A model generated the notes under the pieces. That model worked only from the letters and a program-made list of their open reading frames with translations, had not been told where the DNA came from and ran no database searches. Of a stretch of 37,390 nucleotides of DNA, positions 1 to 8,761 are shown piece by piece. Source of the stretch: Nemertoderma westbladi (taxonomy: Eukaryota; Animalia; Xenacoelomorpha). The position numbers and the translations under genes were made by a program. Numbering within the stretch: the first letter of the stretch is position 1; each line of letters opens with the position of its first letter. Location of the stretch: positions 1-37,390 of the forward strand of contig JAUCBJ010006845.1 of NCBI GenBank assembly GCA_032718475.1, written 5' to 3'.

Positions 1-1357
1 AAATCAGTGAAGATTGGCAGATTAGTGTGCAGTATTGTGCAGCATTGTGTATTAGTGAGTCTGTTAAAGAAGCAATTCCTAAAGAATGCGCCATATATGT
101 GAATTATAATTAAGCCATATCGTTGTGAGTAGTTTAAGTCATAACTCTGTTTATATAGATAAAGCGCCACGTCCTAAAGGAACTGTTAATATTCCCGAAG
201 GTAAATAATATTGTCAGAGATTATATAATACTGTCAGTCGAATAATACATTAGGCTTACATAGCAATAAAATTAAACCGTTGAACCCAATCTCCCGGGAA
301 TATCCAGCGGGTGAATGGTCGCGCACGGATTGGTTTCGACTAGTGTAGTGAATCAAATACTTGTCATAGGCTAAAAAGCGATTTAATATCTAGAAGACAT
401 CTTAATTTGGCGGGTTAAACTGCCAAAGGTCTAAAAGCGCGAACAGGATATATCAGCGATATTACAACTATTTAACCCCTTGTCGCTTCCACGATCAATT
501 TACTACAGTAGAAAATAAATGTGATTTCCACTTAAACACAAGGGATAACTGGCTGCGGTATTGCTCTGCAAAACGAGTAGGAGGGTATGAATTAAAGCGA
601 TTTTTCGTGAGAAAGCGTTTAACTGAGACTGATGATAAACAGAAAGAAATAATTGCGGTGGAAGATGTACTCGTACAGTAGGTTTACTCTAAGCATGTAA
701 TGTGATGGGATAATATAATTGTTTTAATGTCAATAAAAATAATAAAAACATTAAAATCTATTTTTTTATATCTCAGTTTGACTGAAGGTGTAGGGCTTAA
801 GTTTACACTCACAAACACACCGTACCTACCGGTAGCCGGCTGTTGTATCAGAGTTTAACTACCAGTAGCTGACTTTACACACATACAGACATATAACAAC
901 AACGCTAAACTGTAGAACGGCAGAATGGCACCCCCTTCTAGAGTGACAGCACCCACAGCGCTTTAGCGTTACTTACTAATAATAAAATTAAATTAACTCG
1001 ACATGAGGTTCGTGAATGCAGCATTAGAGGGGCCCACCTAACAATAGGCCTACTGGACTGGTACCGGCGCTGTAGCACTCTTGTAACTGTATACTTGGAT
1101 AGAGCAAGGGCATGCAGGTTTCTTCAATTTAAGGATTAGGCTATTACACTTGAATGCTTCCAATTTTCTGTTTACAACTTTAATTGGTCTAATCTACATT
1201 ACTGTCGGCTACTACTGTTGCATAGGCAAGCCTATACAGCTATAGTTAACTTTATGCGGCCCCTTTTTCGAATGTTGACCCAAAATGGTTTACGGTACAC
1301 CTTCATTCGATTAGGCATATAGGCCTAATGACTCCTCAACTGAAAGCTGACTAGCTC

Positions 1358-1625
1358 ACGGATACAATAGGTGTGGTTAGGTACCGGTAGCGCTATTGGT
1401 CCTATAAAATCCCCTCGCACTCTCTGTTACTAACTTTCAACATTCACTTTATGTCAGTATGTTGTATGCTATACAGTTAACCTTTAGAACTCACATTCAG
1501 GCACCCCTTCATTCAACCAGTCATAAAGGCTCCACTCGGATACAATAGGTGTGGCTCGCGGTATACCTAACTAGGCCTATATAAAATCCACCACATTCTA
1601 TGTTACTAACATTCACTCTATGTTG
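1358..1625 (+). repeat. Diverged direct repeat (2 copies, ~1358-1455 and ~1536-1625), each with a TATA-like box
   Basis: Both copies share CGGATACAATAGGTGTGG...CCTATA(TA)AAATCC...TGTTACTAAC...ATTCACT(T/C)TATGT. Confidence 0.7.
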
Positions 1626-1933
1626 ATGGGTCTATATAAAACATAGTTAGTTTATTTACGTATTCGCTTTTTTTAAATTAGATATAAAATAGGTAGACAG
1701 ATTGATAACATTTATTAAATCAAATATAAAATAAACTTACTGCTACAGCTACTGCAGTAATATTTACAGTACAGTCAGGAACACTGGCCACAATTTACAA
1801 CCAGAATGTATCCGCAGAAAATGCTCCAAATAGTGACTGCATGGTCACTTTTCTGGTTGTAAATATGCGAATAATTTTTCGCTGAGCTTCAGTCAGAAAG
1901 TGATCGCTGTTCCTAACTATAGTACTAAGTTTT

Positions 1934-1936
<3 letters not shown>

Positions 1937-1969
<33 letters not shown>
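1937..1969 (+). repeat. (CAA)n microsatellite
   Basis: About 11 perfect CAA units; a shorter run lies at ~3060-3078. Confidence 0.95.
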
Positions 1970-1970
<1 letters not shown>

Positions 1971-2010
1971 CTAAATTTATTACCGGTATTATTACCGTAT
2001 TATACTTTTT

Positions 2011-2409
2011 TTATAGGCCTATATGAGGGTCCCTCAGAGGTGTTTCCTCCATTACCGGTACCTGTAAATGGTTGTTTGAGTTTATAGGCCTAACTTCTAC
2101 CGGTCTTTGCATCGGTAGATCGAAGCGAAGCGTATTATCAGCATCATTCTCCCAATTCTCCGAATTTTCACTAGAGCATGTGCATGGTTGTATCCTTATA
2201 TTTAGTGTGAAATCTTTAGAAATTTCAACCTTTGTTGGTAATAAAGGTACTCCATTTCCTACAGAAGTAAAGCCGATTTCAAATTTTTGGTTTATGTAAC
2301 GCAACTCCATCTCGGCAATATTGGATGACGAGAGATATGTTTCGCTTGATTCCAAATCAATTTTGATACTACTTTTCATCGCTTGGTTGTTAAAAAAGGC
2401 AAATGTCAT
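2011..2409 (-). CDS. Orphan 132-aa ORF, possibly an accessory gene of the PolB element
   Basis: ATG start; same strand as PolB and the TBP-like gene; TATA and CAGT motifs upstream; no recognisable domain. Confidence 0.4.
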   Translation of the reverse strand: MTFAFFNNQAMKSSIKIDLESSETYLSSSNIAEMELRYINQKFEIGFTSVGNGVPLLPTKVEISKDFTLNIRIQPCTCSSENSENWENDADNTLRFDLPMQRPVEVRPINSNNHLQVPVMEETPLRDPHIGL

Positions 2410-2504
2410 CTTCGAGGTAAGTTGTCGTCGTAACTACCGGTAAGAATATCTTAAAATTAAATAAGCCTACTGGTATTTTTCTTCTTCTTTTGTTTAACAA
2501 AATT

Positions 2505-2542
2505 ATAGTTCACTGTTAGAAAAATTGAGTTTATATATATTT
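2505..2542 (-). promoter_or_regulatory. Putative TATA box + CAGT initiator for ORF 2011-2409
   Basis: The minus strand reads ATATATATAAACTCAATTTTTCTAACAGTG, about 100-130 nt upstream of the ATG. Confidence 0.35.
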
Positions 2543-3092
2543 TTGTAGAGGGTCGCAGATGTTTAGATTACAAAATTATCATAGTTAACAAAATGCACAA
2601 CATAAACCTTTCCCATGTGGATTAGTTAGCGATATATGCTCTGTTCATTGTTCTATTCTGAATGTAGGGAGATGCATAGCTGATGTTTTAATAATATGTA
2701 CCAGTATACAGACTAGTAACAGATAGGAGGGCATCGTCTTTGACTATGAATACCATCACATAGCCCTAATCTTTTCTCACCGAGCTTAGCGTTGCCTGCT
2801 GCACACACGCACACTCATAAGTAACAGATGCGCTATTGTAGCTCACTCGTGAGCAGCGATGCTTAGTTAGCTAGCTAGCTAGCTACTGCCGCTGAGTATA
2901 CTATGCCTACTTGAGTGTTACAAGCAATCGCTCTACTGAAGTTAGTTAGTTAGTTAGTTAATTTCCCCCCAACTAGTTGTTGATTTTAAAAAAATATTCA
3001 TAAATTTTTTTCCAACCAAATTTAATATATATTTTACAGTAAAAATCTCCACCACCAAACAGCAACAACAACAACAATAAATTTCACTCGTA

Positions 3093-3647
3093 CTAATTAT
3101 ATTTTACATCAAAAACCCTCGCACCAAATAATAATAAATTATTAACCAGTTTGTTGAATATAGGATAATATATATGAAATTTAAACGGGGAACACATTAA
3201 TGTACATTTACCAGTGTAGAAGCAGCAAACAACAACAATATTATTTATTCTGACTTTACAGTTATTGAATATTTCGGGCTCGTATGAAATTTCTAGTTTA
3301 ACATTATCAAATATAACATAAAACCCGATATTGTTTATAAGTAACCTATAAATTATGGTATCGATACTAAAAATATAAGTACACAAATTGATTGATTTAA
3401 AAATCAAATTAATGTTTGTTTTTTCGAATATATGCTTTTTCACTTTATTAAAATTATATTTTCTACCGAGAATTGTTATTCATCCATTTGTAAACATTAA
3501 TATGGTTGCACCAAATACCTTATATATAAACTGATTAGGTTTGAGTACAATTTTACCAGTCAATTGATTTTTTAATTCTTTTAAATTAAGTCCATAAATG
3601 ATCTGCTTACAACTTATATTTTTATTTACTATTTGATAATTCATCAT
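3093..3647 (-). pseudogene. Divergent TATA-binding-protein (TBP)-fold gene, ~184 codons, one in-frame TGA at 3480-3482
   Basis: ORFs 3480-3674 and 3093-3443 share a frame and are joined by 12 sense codons (ITILGRKYNFNK). Repeat 1: YQIVN..LNLKEL..ATILMFTNG*ITILG (TBP: LQN..LDLKTI..TTALIFSSGKMVCTG). Repeat 2: KSINL..SYEPEIFNNCKVRINNIVVVCCFYTGKCTL (TBP: KIQNM..SYEPELFPGLIYRM..IVLLIFVSGKVVL). Confidence 0.7.
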
Positions 3648-5439
3648 CAACACCATCGTCTTTTGGTTCTTCATAAATTGGTATATTTGATATTTTTATA
3701 GGTTTTTTGAGGTTTGTTTTATAGTGCCCCCAAGGAAGTGATTGATTTTTATTAACCCAATAAAGTTTATCATCAAAGCTACTGAGTGCAAATTTATTTT
3801 GCTTTAAGGTATAAATACGATGTAATTTAGATTGAAATCTGTGTATGTTTTTTTTTATTTCTTCATTTGAGTTATATGCTTTTAAATATTCTTCATGTGT
3901 AATATTTGTTTCCACAACAGCTCTTGTAATACCTTTTGCTCTACGAATATTTTTGTTATTCCATTCCAAAATTGAATATAATTTTGGTCTTAAAAATACT
4001 GCTTGTTTAATTTCACGTGAAGCTAGTTCATCTTTACAGTAATAAAGTCTCGATTTATTTTTATCACTGTAGAGAGGGTGATCCTTAGGGTAATTGGATG
4101 TATCTAAAATATTATTTTTAATTAATGCTTTTAAAAAATTATTCTGCGATGTATTATAGTAACAACCTATTAAAGAGTCTGTATCTGATGCAGCAATTTC
4201 AATACGACAGTTTAATTCTTTCTCAATAGGTAGCAATTTATTGTAGAACAGCTCATACATATCCAATTTAGCCAAGTCCAATACAGTGCTACCAATAAAT
4301 ATAGGCTTATCGAGAGTTACAGAGTCTTTCACTAATAAATGTCCCGATAATGTATTATTGTATATTATAAATTGTTCATGATTAATACGATTTACCAATT
4401 GGTCGCATTTATCATTGCTATTTGCGATACGAAAGTTACATCGATCTCTTATCTTTTCTATTGATTTACCAAATAACGAATTATTAAGCAATTTCGCGAC
4501 AGCTGTTTCAATGTAACTTTTTGCTAGTCGCCTTTGATTAATATTAAAATCTATGTAATTTTTAAATACAAATTCTTGTTGAAAAGAATATAATTTATGT
4601 AGTTTAGTAACAATTAATCCATGTTTTATATAAAATTTTAACAGTTTCAAATGTAAATGATAAAATTCTTTATCAAATTGCGTCAGCAAGAGTTTTGGTA
4701 TAGGCATCTTATATTTACGGGAGGTACCTCTTTGTATCGATAAGTTATTAAATTGTTCCCTCATATAAGGTGAAAGCATTGATTCATTTATACTTAAATG
4801 CTCTGGAGCTAACGGTAATTGTAATGTTTGATCGTGAATAGCTTTGGGATAATTTAAATCACATATTAAAAAATATCCAGTAGATCCATCAATGTCTAAA
4901 TCTTCCAAGTACTCGATTAGTTTTTCTGGAATTGCATTCTCTAAATGTTTAATACTTACTTCTTTGAATTGTGAGGTGGGTAGTTTTTTACTTAAATTCC
5001 CAGAATATAAAGAGTTGAAATCAATATTAAAAATATGGCATTCTTCCTTAGTAGAATCATATGTACTTGTTCCTGGTATATTTGATTCTATATAATGCTT
5101 TCGACAAAATGAAACACCACCCCTAATTGATTTTTCAAAATCTCTATATGTCTGATAATCCTTTATTAATTCTATTTTACATTTATTATATTTTAGTGCG
5201 CAATCATAGGTAAATGACGCGATACTACAGTAAAAAACCGCTTCTAAATTGTAATTTTGTTTACAAACATTCCTAAAATTCTCAAATATATCAGCAAGCA
5301 AACAAACATCGAGTTTTAAATAGGCTAAAAGATAATCTTTGAGATTCACACAGTCGAATTCTACCCATAATAATTCCGCAAACCTATAATCTTCAATTGT
5401 GCATGTTTTTTGACTTAAGTTACTAAAAAAATTATTTAT
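3622..5439 (-). CDS. polB: PolB C-terminal segment (ExoIII + polymerase domain), uninterrupted
   Basis: The frame of ORF 3622-5349 extends upstream to 5439 as INNFFSNLSQKTCTIEDYRFAELLWVEFDCV, continuing directly from LPS at 8651. Confidence 0.9.
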   Translation of the reverse strand: MNNFFSNLSQKTCTIEDYRFAELLWVEFDCVNLKDYLLAYLKLDVCLLADIFENFRNVCKQNYNLEAVFYCSIASFTYDCALKYNKCKIELIKDYQTYRDFEKSIRGGVSFCRKHYIESNIPGTSTYDSTKEECHIFNIDFNSLYSGNLSKKLPTSQFKEVSIKHLENAIPEKLIEYLEDLDIDGSTGYFLICDLNYPKAIHDQTLQLPLAPEHLSINESMLSPYMREQFNNLSIQRGTSRKYKMPIPKLLLTQFDKEFYHLHLKLLKFYIKHGLIVTKLHKLYSFQQEFVFKNYIDFNINQRRLAKSYIETAVAKLLNNSLFGKSIEKIRDRCNFRIANSNDKCDQLVNRINHEQFIIYNNTLSGHLLVKDSVTLDKPIFIGSTVLDLAKLDMYELFYNKLLPIEKELNCRIEIAASDTDSLIGCYYNTSQNNFLKALIKNNILDTSNYPKDHPLYSDKNKSRLYYCKDELASREIKQAVFLRPKLYSILEWNNKNIRRAKGITRAVVETNITHEEYLKAYNSNEEIKKNIHRFQSKLHRIYTLKQNKFALSSFDDKLYWVNKNQSLPWGHYKTNLKKPIKISNIPIYEEPKDDGVDDELSNSK

Positions 5440-8400
5440 TTTTATTTATTTAATTTAATTTCGTACACCAAATATACAGATGGGTACACAAAGCACAATA
5501 GGTTAATAATACAAGCACTATTATAAAATAATATGATATGTCTAAGTACTGCAGATCTAAGAAGGTAATTAATTATGATGAGGATACACTATTTAAAATA
5601 TTACTCAATTCCTGGCGGGTAAAGCCATCTACAATACCTCCGTTGTTTAGGCACCAAATAATTTCCCTACAAAAATTAACTCGCCACTTATCTGCGTTCA
5701 GTAACGGTACATAAGTAAGATTAGATACCGCACGAGATGTCAGCAATTCAAGATTAAATATGTTACACATGTTTCCTATTTCTCGTAAATTTCTCCCAGA
5801 CCGGGTACGACAATCAACTAAACATATATTAGCAAGAAAACGAATGCACATTTTGTTAGACCTACGTAATGATAAACAAAATGAAACGAAGCGAGAGTAA
5901 AGCATAATACACGGGTGTTTAAACTGCACTAGGTTTTCAACAATATATCGATGAGAATTAAATGGTAATCCAAAAATCATTCTAACATTTACATTCCAGG
6001 TGCTAAAAATTCTTATACATGTTGGCGAAAGAAGGTTCCACAGGTTACTACCGTAGAAACTAGTGCAATAACTACGTTGTACATTGCAAAGCACAAACGG
6101 GTCCGAAAAATATAGTTCCTGCCTTAAGGCATTCAATTTGCCTATAAACTGCCCTCGTTTACGCACGATATCAGATTCCATTGAGTTTTTAAAGTCAAGA
6201 AGGTTACCGAGATGCAGCGCCTCCTTAACCCATGGAAGAGGCGAACCGTTCAACTTAATTGTCGCTAAAGGCTTAACCCAGACCCGCCCGAAAGCTATAC
6301 ACTTTGACTTGGACTTGTCCGGATTCGGATTCGTGCTGAATATTAACTTGTTTTCCGATGCAAACTCTTCGCACAATTTAACCATATGCTGAAGGCCTAA
6401 GATGGACGGACATAGCAAAAATAGGTCATCGGCATAACCAACCGCCCCAAAATATACAGACCCCACGAAGCAACCTACTTTGGAATTTCTTAATTTCCTA
6501 AACAGCTTATCAAGTAAGATACAGAATAAGATTGGCGAGGCAACAGACCCTTGGCGTACCCCATTGGACGATGTAAAAGACTCAGAATGCGTATTATTCC
6601 ATCGCACTACACAAGATTGATTATTGTAGATAAATAACAGAGACCGGATGTAAAACGGAGAAAACCCCTTCTTTAAGAGCTCAAGGAACAGCTTGCACCA
6701 TTCCACCATATCAAATGCTTTAGAAAGATCAAGCAAACAGCCAAACACTGGAGTTGCATTTCTGGAATAGAAACTAATTACCTCAGTTGCAGCCCAAGTA
6801 CACTGAGTGGTACTAGATCCCCGTTGAAACCCAAACTGTAACTCATCTAATTTTAAACAATCAGCCTGTGCGAGTAGCATCACCCATTCAAACAATTTAA
6901 TCAGGAGAGACGACAAAGCGATGGCCCTATAATTTCCGGATACTGTATCATCGCCCAACTTATCCTTGATCAATGGAATGATAACACAATTCAAAAGAAA
7001 TTGCGGAACGAATCCGTGAGTCAAAAAGGAATTAAATAGATTACTGAGATGAAAACAAAGTTCAGGAGGACCATGGATTAGACAGTCAGAATCAAAGCAA
7101 AAAGTCACATCTGTTTTAGAACTTTTAAGTCTGTGGAGACCCTCAGCAACTAAATCCGGAGAAACCCGAGGAACATCGTCCAGAGTACAATTTACCAACT
7201 TGGCATCAATTAGTGCCTTCAATGCTTCTAAATCTGAATTGTATGGCTGATTATACAAAGATGAATAGATTCCCGCAAATCGATCGGCGATAGACTGCGG
7301 GTCTGTACAACCATCGATCGATGAACTAACATTATTCGATGAGAAACGGAGATTCCTTATTTCCTTAAAGATGTCAGTATTATTCAACAAGCAGGCCTCA
7401 ATTAATTTATCCCTTCGCACATTATCAGCTGAGCGTTTCACCCGGCGAACAGCATATTTATACTGAGCGCGAGAGACCCTTCGCATATGATATAAGTGGC
7501 TATTTTGTGATACATTTGGGCAACCCGCCGAGACCCACAAGGAATGCCAAAACATAGCATCATCTCTGAACGGTTTCACCCGTTCAGACCACCCGGGGAT
7601 AATAGGATGATTAAAGGGGGATCCCCTACTTCCATTACTACGATGTAAAATATTACTGCTACACTGGTCAATAGCTTCCAATATATCTAAGGCATATTTC
7701 TCAGTAGATAACAAATGTTCTGGAACATTACAAAAAATATTATTACACTGAGTACACATAGGCAGCGGTTCTGCTAATGAATTCAATCTGATAGTTAATT
7801 GGTTAATAAATTCACGTTGCTGATCATTAGTGGAACGTTTAAATTTTACATTACCTTCACCTATATTACTACCATTATCATTATCATTGCTATCGCATTG
7901 CACATTTGAAACATTTACTTTAAACTTAAGAAAAATTGGGGAATGAAATGACAAATTGACACCAGTATGAATAACACCTGAATCAAAAATATTTTCACAA
8001 AATTGTGAATTACTGAAAAAATGATCCAACGTTGAATGAAATGCTGACTTCTCTCTAAAACATGTATATGTATAGTCAACTGGGTAAGAATCCCAAAGGC
8101 GATCGAATTGAAATTCTTGTATCATTTGATTAATTAAACTACAGTGCATCGTAGTGCGGCAGAAGTCAGCATTAAAATCCCCTGTGAGCAGAATATTGCA
8201 CTGATTAACTGATAAAATAATATCTTTAATATCGTTTATTGTCGTAAGTAAATCGTCGCTGATATTATTATCACGCGAGTCAACCGGAAAATAAGAATTG
8301 ATAATAACCAATGGTTTATCATTTGGTAAATGTAAACGTATTGCTTGTAAACGCGTATTCTTCACATTTATTCTAGAAATGTATTTAGATAATTTATTTC

Positions 8401-8648
8401 GAAAAATATAACATAATCCACCTGATGGCCTGCCTGCACGGATTTCATTCACGGGATAAGTTGCAGGCTGTATTATGCACTGATAGTCGCTAAAAGCTGA
8501 TTTTATTATATAACTATTCTCTCTTAGCACAAAGTGTTCTTGCAAACAGACTATGTCACTCCCTAATAATAACATATTTATAAATTCCCGTTTATCCGGC
8601 GACAAACCAGTGCTATTGTAGGATGAAATACAAAAACTATTGTTAACA
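5440..8648 (-). mobile_element. 5'-truncated non-LTR retrotransposon (APE endonuclease + RT; tentatively Proto2/RTEX-like)
   Basis: APE motifs SYN, CLQEH, GRPSGG, NSYFP, GDFN, LDHF, SFHSPI; RT motifs QFGF, LDLSKAFD, GVRQG, YADD, HLG; stop at 5573, short 3' UTR and (TAAA/TTAAA)n tail at ~5440-5462; removing it restores PolB. Confidence 0.93.
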
Positions 8649-8761
8649 ATAGACGGCAAACCAGTATCATTAAATTTATTTATATCTGTCAAGTACTCGT
8701 ATGGAAATACTCCTTTCCGTTTAATTGTTGAGTTATCCAAGTTTGGATAAAAATATTTCAT
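5573..8761 (-). CDS. Chimeric ORF: ~38 PolB codons fused in frame to an uninterrupted LINE APE-RT ORF2
   Basis: MKYFYP...RKGVFPYEY...GLPSI (PolB) runs directly into VNNSFCISSYNSTG (APE N-terminus). Confidence 0.85.
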   Translation of the reverse strand: MKYFYPNLDNSTIKRKGVFPYEYLTDINKFNDTGLPSIVNNSFCISSYNSTGLSPDKREFINMLLLGSDIVCLQEHFVLRENSYIIKSAFSDYQCIIQPATYPVNEIRAGRPSGGLCYIFRNKLSKYISRINVKNTRLQAIRLHLPNDKPLVIINSYFPVDSRDNNISDDLLTTINDIKDIILSVNQCNILLTGDFNADFCRTTMHCSLINQMIQEFQFDRLWDSYPVDYTYTCFREKSAFHSTLDHFFSNSQFCENIFDSGVIHTGVNLSFHSPIFLKFKVNVSNVQCDSNDNDNGSNIGEGNVKFKRSTNDQQREFINQLTIRLNSLAEPLPMCTQCNNIFCNVPEHLLSTEKYALDILEAIDQCSSNILHRSNGSRGSPFNHPIIPGWSERVKPFRDDAMFWHSLWVSAGCPNVSQNSHLYHMRRVSRAQYKYAVRRVKRSADNVRRDKLIEACLLNNTDIFKEIRNLRFSSNNVSSSIDGCTDPQSIADRFAGIYSSLYNQPYNSDLEALKALIDAKLVNCTLDDVPRVSPDLVAEGLHRLKSSKTDVTFCFDSDCLIHGPPELCFHLSNLFNSFLTHGFVPQFLLNCVIIPLIKDKLGDDTVSGNYRAIALSSLLIKLFEWVMLLAQADCLKLDELQFGFQRGSSTTQCTWAATEVISFYSRNATPVFGCLLDLSKAFDMVEWCKLFLELLKKGFSPFYIRSLLFIYNNQSCVVRWNNTHSESFTSSNGVRQGSVASPILFCILLDKLFRKLRNSKVGCFVGSVYFGAVGYADDLFLLCPSILGLQHMVKLCEEFASENKLIFSTNPNPDKSKSKCIAFGRVWVKPLATIKLNGSPLPWVKEALHLGNLLDFKNSMESDIVRKRGQFIGKLNALRQELYFSDPFVLCNVQRSYCTSFYGSNLWNLLSPTCIRIFSTWNVNVRMIFGLPFNSHRYIVENLVQFKHPCIMLYSRFVSFCLSLRRSNKMCIRFLANICLVDCRTRSGRNLREIGNMCNIFNLELLTSRAVSNLTYVPLLNADKWRVNFCREIIWCLNNGGIVDGFTRQELSNILNSVSSS

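Noticed and set aside
1-1000. Polinton terminal inverted repeat
   Set aside because: No (AG)n/AGT-repeat terminus or matching partner repeat could be identified in the window.
5573-8761. A natural, evolved PolB-RT fusion enzyme
   Set aside because: PolB resumes exactly after the LINE tail at 5439, so a simple insertion explains it; kept only as a possible expressed chimera.
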